33,783 nt of DNA from Chiloscyllium plagiosum (lineage: Eukaryota): contig NC_057718.1 in NCBI RefSeq assembly GCF_004010195.1, positions 56,587,220 to 56,621,002 on the forward strand. Reading direction: 5' to 3'. The translations under genes were made by a program, and so were the position numbers. Shown here one piece after another: positions 23,537-33,783 of the stretch. How positions within the stretch are numbered: position 1 is the stretch's first letter; every line of letters starts with the position of its first letter. Below the pieces are notes generated by a model. That model was not told the DNA's origin and did not search any database. It worked only from the letters and a program-made list of their open reading frames with translations.

Positions 23537-25052
23537 CCAGCATGTATTGATCATTCCTAGTTGCCATTGAGAAGATGGTAGTGAGATGCTTTATTGAATT
23601 GCTGCAATCCATGTGCTGTAGGTAGATCCACAATTCCCTTCAGAAAGGATTTCCAGGTATTTGACTCAGTGGCAGTAAAGGAACTGATATACAACCATGT
23701 CATGTTGGTAAATGGCTTGGATGGAAACCTGCAGGTTGTGTGTTCTCATGTATCTGCTGTACTTGTCCTTCCACAAGTAAGTGATTGTGGATTTCAAAGA
23801 TGTTGTGTAAGAACCTTTAGCAAATTTCTGCAGTGAATCTTGAAGATAGTACACATTGCTGCTACTGTTTGTGGATGTCGTGCTAACCAAAGAGACTGCT
23901 TTGGCTTGGATAGTGTCAACCATCTTGAGTGTTTTAGGAGCTGTACACATCCAGGAAAGTGGATATTCTATCATACTTCTGACATGCCTTGTAGATAGCG
24001 AACCATCTTTGGGGAGTCAGGAAGTGAGTTACTCGCCCCAGTATTCCTAGCCTCTAACCTACTCTTATAAGCATTGTGTTTATGTGGTGAGTCCAGTTGA
24101 GTTTCTAGTCAATGGTAATCCCAAGCTTGTTGATGGTGGTGGATTCAGTAGTAGTAACACTATTGAATGTCAAAGGACAGTAGTTAGATTGTCTCTTATT
24201 GATGATGGTCATAGCCTGGCATTTTTGTGGCGCAAATGTGATTTGATACTTTCTACGTCTTGTTGTATTAGAACATAGAAATGATCATAGGAACCCCACA
24301 GTGCTGAAAGAGATTATTCGACCCATCAGGTCTGCACTGATCTTCTGAAGAGCAACCCACCCAGAGCCAGTCTCTCACCCTATCCCCAAATTCACCACGG
24401 CTAACCCATTTAGCCAGGACATCTTTGGGCTGTGGGAGGAAACTAGAGCATCCAGCAGAAACCCACACAGACATGGGGAGAATGTGCAAACAGGTAGTCA
24501 CCCAAGGTCACACAGTCCTTAGTGCTGTGAGGTAGCAGTGCTAACCACTGAGCCACTGTGCTGCTGGTTCAGTATCTGAGGAATTGCAAATGCTGCTGAA
24601 CATTGTGCAATCATTGGTGAACATTTGCGCATCTGACTTATGATTGAGGGAAATTCATTGATGAAGCTGCTGCAGATAGTTGGCCTAGGACACTACTCTG
24701 AGGAATTTCTGCAGAGCTGTCCTGGAGCTGAGATGACTAACCTTCAAAATCCACAATAATCTTCATATGTGCCAGGAATGACTCCAACCAGCACAGAGTT
24801 TGCCCCTGATTCCCACTGATTCCAATTTTGCTAGGACTTCTTGATGCCGCACATGGTGAAATGTTGCTTCAGTGTCAAAGGCTGTCATTCTCACCTTGCC
24901 TCTAGAATTTATCTCTTTTATCCATGTTTGAATGAAGGCTGTAATGAGGTCAGGATCTGATGGTCCTGCTGGAACCCAAACTCATTGCCAGTGAGTTGGT
25001 ACATTTTGCTAGCAGGTGCTGCTTGATAGCATTGTCAATGACATCGTCCAAC
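23537..25052 (-). mobile_element. CR1/L2-group LINE (family distinct from HER1), 3' part, degenerate
   Basis: Its reverse complement aligns with ~27200-28060 (e.g. CAGCAGATACATGAGAAC); SWM..AP.TL..DTIQAKA motif; antisense ALDTEATFHHVRH RT segment near 24850. Confidence 0.8.
24277..24564 (-). mobile_element. HE1-type V-SINE
   Basis: Minus strand: tRNA-like head GCAGCACAGTGGCTCAGTGGTTAGCACTGCT, V-domain GTTTGCACATTCTCCCCATGTCTGTGTGGGTTTC..TTTCCTCCCACAGCCCAAAGATG, HER1-like tail; nested in the LINE. Confidence 0.88.
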
Positions 25053-25695
25053 ACAATGAAACCTCATTCCCACAACACCCCCTATGCCACCAACCCCACC
25101 CCCGGTTATAGAAGAAAGGTAGGGTTGCATATAAGAGCATGTTGGAAAATACTTGCTGTTCAAGCCCTTGTGCACCCTATGAGATCCTGGATTGTGTTTG
25201 TGAATTGTAGTCTGCAGTTAACATCTTTGTAAATATATTTATGAGCAAAAAAATTTTTTTTGACTTTACACAAAGTTATTGAAAATACAACCAATAACAA
25301 ATACCAGTACTGTATAACAAAGAGAGAAAAAAAACACACAATTACAATACAACTACTGCCTACATCTACATAGTCATGCCAGCCATCATGATGTAATGTC
25401 CCCCTGTCACAGCTGAGCTGTGATGACTGTCCATGACCACAATCCCACAATAACCCATGTCTTCCAATGCATTCTCATCTCCCACCTTTATGTGTTGAAC
25501 TGCGCCCCCATTACAAAGATTGTCCCCTTTGCATCCCAGCATGTTGCGTCCAATTCTTACCATTCACTTCCCTAACATGCTCACCATAACACTGTACCCT
25601 GATAACCTCTCCTAACATTCAGGAAACAGACCCCCCCAGACTGACTTGGAATGACAGCTCCATCTAATGAGTTACCATACCTCTGTGCCAACTGG

Positions 25696-25899
25696 AGAAA
25701 GTGAGGGCTGCAGATGCTGGAGATCAGAGCTAAAAATGTATTGCTGGAAAAAGCGCAGCAGGTCAGGCAGCATCCAAGGAACAGGAGAATCGACGTTTTG
25801 GGCATAAGCCTGAAGAAGGGCTTATGCCCGAAACATCGATTCTCCTGTTCCTTGGATGCTGCCTGACCTGCTGCACTTTTCCAGCAACACATTTTCAGC
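25696..25899. mobile_element. Penelope pLTR fold-back insertion (~81-bp inverted arms) with hammerhead-like core
   Basis: Arms 25729-25810 and 25819-25899 with an 8-nt loop; CTGAAGA-A-GGGCTTATGCCC-GAAAC at 25810-25834; TSD ACTGG (25691-25695, 25900-25904). Confidence 0.85.
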
Positions 25900-28098
25900 A
25901 CTGGCAGACAAACCCAGCAGAGGTGGTGGCACTGTGGTACACAGTGATCGGAAGGGAGTGTCCTGGAATTCCTCAACATTGACTCCTGACTCCAGACCCC
26001 ATGAAGTCTCATGGCATCAGGTCAAACATGAGCAAGGAAACCATCTGCTGATTACCACATATCATCCTCCCTTAGATGATGATTCAGTATCCTACCATGT
26101 TGAACAATGCTTGGAGGAAGTACTGAAGACAGCAAGAGTGCAGAATGTACTCTTGGGGGTGGGGGGGAAGCGGGATTTCAATGTCCATCACCAAAAGTGG
26201 CTTGGAGCAATCCAACTGATTGAATTGATTGGCTCCTAAAGGACATCACTGGTCTGCAGCAAAAAGAGGGAAAAATATATTTGACCTCACCCTCTCCAAT
26301 CTGCCTGCCAAAACTGTATTCATTCATGGCAGTCCTCTGCACAGTTCTTGTACAGACAAAGTCCCACCTTCACATCGAGAACACTCTGAATCTTGTTGCG
26401 TTGCACTATATCACTATTCTAAATGGGACAGATATTGAACAGATCTAGGAACTGAAGCCTGGACATCCATTTGGGGCTGAAATGCAGAATTGTAGTCGAA
26501 AACAATCTGCAACCTCAATGCCTGGTGTATTCCCCTCTTAACCATTACCAAACGAAAGGATCAACCCTGGTTCAATGGAGAGTGCAGAGCGCATGCCAGG
26601 AATGGTACCAAGCATACCAAAAATTGAGGTGTCAACTTAGTGAAACTACCAAACAGGAGTACTTGCATGCCAAACAGCATAAGCAGCAAGTAATAGACAA
26701 ATCTTTCTGATAACACAACCAATGGATCATTCTTTAGCTCTGCACCAAGTCATTGGAGGAGGAGGCTTGACAAATATCCCTATCCTGAATTATGGAGAAG
26801 CCCAGCACATCATTGCAAAAGACAAGACTGAAGTATTCATAACAACCTTCAGCCAGAAGTCCCCAGTGAATGATTCATTTCAGCATCTTCCACTGGTCAC
26901 TAGGGTTATAGCTAGTCTATAGTCAATTTGATTCTCCCTATATAAAATCAAAAAGCAGTTGGAGCACAGGATACTGACATGGCTGTGGGCCCTGATAACA
27001 TTCTGGCAATAGCACTGAAGATTTGGTATACTCCTAACTAAGCTGTTCCAATACAGTTTAACACTAGCATCCATCCAACAATGTGGAAAATTGCCCAGCT
27101 ATGTCCTGAACACAAAAAGCAGGACAAACCCAATCTGGCCAATTAACACCAATTATTCAAGTCTCAATCATCTCTTCAGGGGTGTGTCCTCGGCCCAACC
27201 ATCTACAGCTGCTTCATCAATGACCTTCCCTCCATCACAAGGTCAGAAGTGGGGAAGTTTGTGTTGCTGCACAACACTTGTGATATTGAAGCAGTCATTT
27301 TCAAATGCAGTGAGATCTGGACATTTTCTAGGAAAGGGCTGACGTGGCAAGTAACATTTGTGCCACACAAATGCCGGGCAAAGACCATCACCAATAAGAG
27401 TCAATCTAACCACCACCCCAGTATTCAATGGTGTTACAATCGATGAATCCTCCACTATCAATGTCCTGGGGGTTACCATTGACCAAAAATTCAATAGGAT
27501 TCACCATACAAATGCAGTGGCTACAAGACCAGATCAGAGGTTAGGAGTACTACATTGAGTAACTCACCTCCTGACTCCTTGAAGCCTCTCTGCCATCTGA
27601 AAATCACAAATCAGAAATGTGATGGAATTCTCCCTATTTGCCTGAATGGATGCAGCTCCAACAATACTCAAGAAGCTTGACACTATACAGGAAAAAGCTT
27701 GATTGGCACCACATTCACTCGCTCCACCATCGATGCTCAGTAGCAGCAATGTGTACTATCCACAAGATGTGCTGCAAAAATTCACCAAAAGTCCTCAGAT
27801 AGCATCTTCCAAACCTGCAAACACTTCCATCTTGAAGGGCAAAGACAGCAGATACATGAGAACCTCACCACCTACAAATTCTGGCCCAAGCCACTCACTA
27901 CACTGACTTGGAAATACATTGCCATTCTTCACTGTTGCTGAGTAAAAATCCTGAAATTCCTTCCCTGGGAAGGGCATTCCAGGTGTGCAGCGGTTCGAGA
28001 AGGCAGCTCACCACCACACTCTCAATGGAAACCAGTATAGTCCACAAACACTGGCCAGCCAGCAATCTTCATGTTCCATGAGTGAATAAAAAAAAAAG
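25900..28098 (+). mobile_element. CR1/L2-group LINE, endonuclease to 3' tail, degenerate with internal deletions
   Basis: EN motifs RGGGTVV, TTYHPP, DFNVHHQKWLG; GPDNI..IALK; INVLGVTIDQK; 3' tail CATGAGTGAATAAAAAAAAAA. Confidence 0.85.
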
Positions 28099-28778
28099 GT
28101 CTACCAAGTTGAAGGTTTATGTATAGATTTCCAATGACCTTGTCAAAGTCCTCCATGTCCCACTGTATTGACGACTGCTAAACTGTAATTTGTGTGTGCT
28201 GTGACTACTGACTGCTCACGTTACTAAGGACCTGTGCTGTTTCTGATATTTCCCACACTTTAATTTGAACTGTGACAAATAGGTCATGGTGGTATGAAAG
28301 CACAGGGAAATTGAAGTACAAAAAATGTGCCAGCAAGACTAGAATTGGTAGTGACATCCAGCAGCTGCTGAACAGTCTCCAATATGAAGATGTCACAGTT
28401 GAAGTACGACTCAGGAAAAAGAGACGGTACAGGTGGCCTTGATGAATCAAGAATCACCCTTGATTCCATTTCTTCCATTTGAGCAAGATGAATTGACATT
28501 GCAGACTGAGGATGTCACTGTCACAGAACTGTGTCATCTGCTGGAGCAGGACTTCAATCTGAAGGGGTGGATGAGTGCGGCTATTCAGATAGCCGTCAAG
28601 GTAACTGTGAAGCTAGATTTTTAACCAATTGGTGGCTTCCAATAATCCGCTAGGGGCCTGGGTGGGATCTATCAATCCTCAGTGCACAAATGTATTAAGG
28701 TTATTAAAGTTTGTGCCAAGATTTGTAGCTCGGGTGCTCGTTGTTGTGGTTCTGTTCGCCGAGCTGGAAGTTTTTGTT

Positions 28779-28818
28779 GCAAACGTTTCGTCCCCTGGCT
28801 AGGCGACATCATCAGTGC
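28779..28818 (-). ncRNA. Mirror copy of the hammerhead motif on the minus strand
   Basis: Exact reverse complement of 29047-29086, within the inverted left arm. Confidence 0.72.
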
Positions 28819-29046
28819 TTGGGAGCCTCCTGCGAAGCGCTTCTTTGATCTAGCAGCACTAGAATGCACACTCAGGAACAATGGACTGACAGAAGAGACA
28901 CAACAAACAGTGAGACAAACTGTCGTACCTATGATAATAAGGAAAAGACAAACACATAACCTCAACACCAAGGAGAGGGAAGCACTGAAATCACTAAGAA
29001 AACACCGGAGGAAACATCAAAGAAGCGCTTCGCAGGAGGCTCCCAA

Positions 29047-29086
29047 GCACTGATGATGTCGCCTAGCCAGGGGACGAAACGTTTGC
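29047..29086 (+). ncRNA. Minimal type I hammerhead ribozyme motif (Penelope pLTR)
   Basis: GCA-CUGAUGA-U-GUCGCCU(AGCC)AGGGGAC-GAAAC-GUU-UGC: 3-bp stem I, complete core, stem II hairpin, palindromic AACGUU stem III; predicted cleavage after 29083. Confidence 0.75.
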
Positions 29087-29479
29087 AACAAAAACTTCCA
29101 GCTCGGCGAACAGAACCATAACAATAAGGTTATTACCTATGAAATTTGTGCTGGACCACACGGCTTCGTCATTTTTCTGTGACAAGATCAATGCTTCAGC
29201 CTGGGCAGTATGCTTTGCCAATATGCTTGGATTCCCATAGCTGCAGGGCATGTTAGACTGTACACATGTTGTATTGAGAGCACTATATGATAACATGGCA
29301 GACTTGATCAATACAAAAGACTTCCATTCAGTCAATGTACAAGCCATCTGTGATCATCATTACCATATCTAAGAAGTTTGCACCAAATACCCTGAATGGT
29401 GCCATGATGTTTATATATTTGAGAACTTTCAGGTTCCTTCTTCATTTCAAGGGCAAGGATGTTATTGTTTACTACCCTA

Positions 29480-29870
29480 TTATTGAGTTTTATGTTTTTG
29501 ACAACATTAAAATTAAATCTATTCTGAGCCAGAAGGACCAGGTTCACGTCCTATCTACTCCATTGCTGTGTCATAACATCTCTGAGCAGGTTGATTAGAA
29601 AATAGCCAAAATTAAATATTTTGTATCCAAGAAGAGGTTATTAAAATATATCAGAAAGAGTAGTAGTCCCATAAATAACCTCTGGAGTATATCAATATCA
29701 TCCACTCCAAAACACAATTTATCACCGCTACTCCGTTTTTAGTCACTGAATGAACTTTGTGTCCTCTCAGCCACTGTTCTTTTAATCTAATAAGATACAA
29801 TTTTATTCACAAATCTATAATGTGTTCCTTAACACGTACCTTTTAGAAGTCTTTATACATCTCCACCATG
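29480..29870 (-). mobile_element. Highly degenerate CR1 RT fragment
   Basis: AAAACACAATTTATCACCGCTACTCCGTTTTTAGTCACT and ACCTTTTAGAAGTCTTTATACAT resemble antisense CR1 QRVV.NG and YxDFxKAFD segments. Confidence 0.45.
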
Positions 29871-31099
29871 AATGGAATATTATGAAGCTCTCTGGAGCAG
29901 GAAATAAGACCGTCAGCTGCGTTTATTTGAGTTAAAAGCAAAATAGACAGTGAGTTGAAAGCTGTTAATTGAGTTGGTGATAATTGAGGACAAATGGTGC
30001 TTTCTGACAGCAAAAAAGAGGAACTTATTATTAATATGTGAGCATGTCATGCATGCTCATTAAAGTTCAACTTAACCAGGTTAAATTGTATCCCTCAACT
30101 TAAATATGCAGCCAATGAGGAACATGTGAGATTCATGACTGGTTAATGGTGGCAGATAGCAGGTGTGGTAATCTTCCTGGTGAATTTACCCTGAATAGGA
30201 GTTGCTTTTCTTGTATGAGGAGCTTTGATGAAGGAGGGTATAGGATGCATTGATATATTGACTTAGGGTGGTGGTTTTTAAAGGGGAAAACAGATACAAA
30301 TGTCCAAGAGGGAGGTAGATACCTCAGGATAGGATTCTCAGGGGAGATAGAAGGAGGAGCCTGGACTGTGTAGGGAAGGTCAATGTTTATCTGTCATAGA
30401 TTGAGCATGAGTGTGGGGAATTCAAGAGTGAGATCCTGAGTGTTAAAGATAACAGGGGGTAGGTCAAGGATTATAAAGGGAACGTCAAGGGTAATGGAGG
30501 GACAATTCCAGTATACTAGGGAGCTGACCATTCATGATGAAGAGATGGTTGGCAGAAGTAAGCTCATGGATCAATGCTAGTTGATTAACAATGATGAGCA
30601 GTGGGTCAATAGCCTTCAAAAAAAAGGGCAGCAGTTACAGACTAATACAGCATACAGGCTTCATTGATCCCCATTGTGTTCATATTCCAGACAAACTTTG
30701 GTCCCTGCAAGATCTCTTCACAAAATGTCACCGTGTCAGTGCCATTAAATTCAGAGATTACAAACATCAAAACTGATGCTGAATGAATATTAGCCTGTGT
30801 ATTGTATAAATATAGCACCTGAATCTTTGGCCTAGATAAATAACGGAAAGACTGGAGAAGTTCTGCTCATCTCCACAGCATGATTGGCTGGAGCCTTGCC
30901 TTGCGAATCAAATTGGCTGGCCACAAATTGTTTCTGCATGACCAGCCTTCCTGTCTTTGAGCAGAAGTGTGCTGCCACTCTGGTTTCATTGTTAGGATCA
31001 TCATCACTATCAGCAGGGACAACTCCAACAGGAGAACCTATTCCAACAGCAGGAACAACTCCACAAACAGCTACATTCTCCTCAGTTACCTGCTACTCC

Positions 31100-31712
31100 C
31101 GTGACGATACTTTGGCTTTAAGAAAAGTATTTTGTCCTGCTTGAAGAGGGTTTAAGCCATTGGTGTTCAGCTGTCTACTCCAAGCTAATAAATGGCTTGT
31201 GAGGCCTTGAGCTTTTTTTAAAAGTTGGAACAATAGAAGCAGCATGAATGGTGGAGTCATGCTCCCATAGAGCCAAGGTTTTAGTTTAGCTTTCAGTTGT
31301 TGCTCGAATTTTGAAGCTGAATTGGAAGTTGTTATTCCTCTCTCTGTTATAGCTAAAACCTGGAGTTCTTTCTGCTGCCAGAATTTGATGTGAGACAATC
31401 TATTTTACTGAATTTGCCTTGTTGAAGGATGCATTTATGGGAGGTTACTATATTGGAACAGTTGCTGTTTAGTAGTTAAATAATCTATTATTTTGTCAAG
31501 TTTTCCAATAGAGTTATTTAATTCTTGTTTCTTTTGTTTGTATTTTAACTATAGTGTAAGAATAAAATGTGCATTGCTTAAAGTCGAATAGTGTAACCAA
31601 CTGAATTACCTCTCAAACACAGCAACTTACACTTACCTTTAAATAAGATAAAGGTTAGGGTCTAGGCTATTTCCTTGTTTTATTTGAAGGGGGTTTGGTC
31701 TGGTCCAGAACA
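31100..31712 (+). mobile_element. Probable solo LTR
   Basis: Starts CGTGACGATAC (TG mutated to CG), ends GGTCCAGAACA; AATAAA at 31561; imperfect TSD CTCC/CTTC. Confidence 0.5.
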
Positions 31713-33384
31713 CTTCACAGGACAGAGGGGATGTAAAAATTGCTTCCGTTCACAGTAGACTATATAGTAGACTCTGTCGGGCACAGGGTACTGAGAGTTC
31801 TTATGAGTAACTCATTTTATGATTGATATATTTTAAGAGTAAAGTTTTCAGTTTGGGTATTGACATTTTAAAATGCAAATTGATTGAAAACACTAGGTTT
31901 ACAAAGGTGGTAAAGATAAAAAAATTGTAACTGCAAATCAAAGGGTGATTTGTAGATCATGGTGGGAAGCTTTAAAAACTAAACAATAGGCTAACTTTCT
32001 GAGATCCTCAGAAATGGAATATCTACTACTGGGGTTGCCAACTCACCCAGAATGGCCAAGAGACCTTTGGAATTGGCATCAATTTCCTGGCTGGTCATTG
32101 GAAGAGATTTAAAAATGTTATTTTAAGCAAATAGATTCATATGCATAATAATTCACACACAAGATTATCATTTATCATAAAACAGTGATCTGATTGCATA
32201 CTTGCCAGAGTGATGACATAAATGTAAAACAGTACTGATGTGGATCATACACATATTGCACTTATGGACATCATTGTCTGTTTTACCGCACCAGAAGTTA
32301 AAGGCTAAGCTTCCAAATGTGGTTCGAAAGAAGAATGAACATGAGTAATGGAATATCAGCTGACATATCATTGGGGATTGGGTTTCTTGGGAGAAGGCTT
32401 GGAGGGCAGAAACACATGGGTCTGAACCAGAGAAGGGTGAAGATACACCAATGCCTGATTAAACTAATTCTAAACAAGATCAATAACATAAAGTACTTAT
32501 GTTCATTTATGTGCATCAGAGAAATCTTCAATAGTGTTATAGGGTTTGGACTTTTCTGCACAGATGAGTTCACTTGCTTGCACATGCCGCTGTGATTCCA
32601 TGGTGTCACTTCCACAGATGTCTTTCCAAATAGTTGGCAAGCCGATTTACAGCTGCTACGACAAGGTGTTTTAATTATTCATGCGGTTTCCAGACAGAGA
32701 GGCAATGTTTAGAAATTGGAGGTAATTTCTTTGAATTTCTAACTGGGAACTCTTCTGCATGTCACATTGCCATGGCAATGGATTGCAGAGGCACGTTTTT
32801 TAGTTTTGGGTTTTAATTGTGTTGATGTCTCACAGAAACAGGTAGTCAACCTGGGAGCAGCTTCGAGACAGATAGGAAGAACATGCCAGGAGCTGCAAAG
32901 CGGATGAAGATCAGAAACCAGAGGTGTTTCTGATTTGCAATTAATAAACAGGAATGCAATCCTACACTTAACCCAGGGACTTTATGATCATGGGTTGTTG
33001 ATGGAGAGTTGGAGGTATTGGTTAGTTGGATGCTGGTGGAAACAGTTCAAGAAGTTTCATACCTTGGCGAACAGTGGAACACTGAGGAGAAACAAGTGAA
33101 TTCCTGAGAGCTGTTACACACTTTAATTTGATTCCCAGGAGAAATCAGGACCCTCAAGCTTCTAAAAAGTATAGGGTAGCCTTTTGATTAAAAAGAACAG
33201 ACATTATTCTGTTCAGATATTTGGTTTTAAATAATATGATTATGAAATATAGTGTTCAGCTAGTAGTACTTGCTTGTTTAATTCTTGTACAACAAAAGAT
33301 TTTGTTTTAGATGTGAAATCTTGCGGCTTTTTTTAGTTAAGACCTGGGAGTTGAAATTTCTTTTTTAAAATTACCAGTTCTAAA

Positions 33385-33484
33385 AATATAGGAAACAAGA
33401 GCAAGAGCAGGCCTTTCAGCCCTTCAAGCCTGCTGCAACATTCAGTATAATGATGGATGATCATCCAATTCAGTACCCTGTTCC
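33385..33484 (-). mobile_element. CR1 3'-end fragment
   Basis: GGCCTTTCAGCCCTTCAAGCCTGCTGCAACATTCA..GATCATCCAA, similar to 14680-14760. Confidence 0.65.
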
Positions 33485-33783
33485 TTGACTGTATTAAAAT
33501 CAGAGGGTTGTTTTTCAGATTGGAGGCCTGTGACCAGTGGAGTGCTACAAGGATCGGTGCTGGGTCCTCTACTTTTCATCATTTACATAAATGATTTGGA
33601 TGCGAGCATAAGAGGTACAGTTAGTAAGTTTGCAGATGACACCAAAATTGGAGGTGTAGTGGACAGCGAACAAGGTTACCTCAGATTACAACAGGATCTG
33701 GACCAGATGGACTAGTGTGCTGGCAAGTGGCAGATGGAGTTTAATTCGGATAATTGCGAGGTGCTGCATTTTGGGAAAGCAAA
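33485..33783 (+). mobile_element. CR1/HER1 RT fragment running off the window end
   Basis: SDWRPVTSGVLQGSVLGPLLFIIYINDLD..SKFADDTKIGG..LQQDLD, with a premature stop. Confidence 0.92.

Larger units (their letters stand above)
28707..29124 (+). mobile_element. Young truncated Penelope-like element: inverted pLTR + ORF fragment + pLTR
   Basis: 11-bp TSD TAAGGTTATTA (28696-28706, 29125-29135); inverted arms 28741-28849 and 29016-29124 (1 mismatch in 109); spacer encodes HNLNTKEREALKSLRK, the PLE pre-DKG motif; CpGs retained. Confidence 0.9.
28400..29470 (+). pseudogene. Degenerate PIF/Harbinger (HARBI1-like) transposase fossil, split by a Penelope insertion
   Basis: VTELCHLLEQD..AVKVTVKLDF..GGFQ..GIYQSSVHKCIKVIT, then GFP*LQGMLDCTHVVLRA..INTKDFHSVNVQAICDH..KYP..CHD, matching the Harbinger GxIDCTH / NRKGxHSxNVQ / PGSxHD motifs. 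Confidence 0.85.

Noticed and set aside
28682..29053. 123-aa ORF as a novel gene
   Set aside because: Chimeric read-through of Harbinger fossil, antisense pLTR and Penelope ORF fragment.
32030..32110. GGGGTTGCCAAC as a DNA-transposon terminal inverted repeat
   Set aside because: No matching inverted partner or TSD found.
507..33715. Most 60-190-aa ORFs in the supplied track as host genes
   Set aside because: They are sense or antisense frames of transposon fossils, or random AT-rich ORFs without splice or homology support.

Overview
Vertebrate genomic DNA, most likely a shark: the repeats include an HE1-type V-SINE, many HER1/CR1-type LINE 3' ends and Penelope pseudo-LTRs. The window is mostly transposon fossils. 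The one host-gene signal is a CpG-enriched promoter (~12.4-14.3 kb) with two divergent ZNF143/THAP11-type motifs. Next to it, a minus-strand first coding exon (13216-13153, MLSMGDISGEGSCTIKHELTS + phase-1 GTAAGA donor) resembles the N-terminus of the MSK kinases RPS6KA5/RPS6KA4, so 1-13152 is probably intron 1. Fossils include CR1 LINEs (one near-full-length deletion derivative), a Rex1/Babar LINE, a Mag-like Gypsy element, three solo LTRs, hAT and PIF/Harbinger transposase relics, SINEs and three Penelope pieces. Most notable: (i) a young 418-bp Penelope insertion with an 11-bp TSD, 109-bp inverted arms and an intact minimal hammerhead core on each strand; (ii) a 103-bp direct duplication enclosing a 45-nt internal CR1 RT snippet; (iii) candidate alternative/poison exons of the kinase gene. 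I found no convincing wholly new system. Family names come from motif recall, not database searches, and fossil boundaries without a TSD are approximate.
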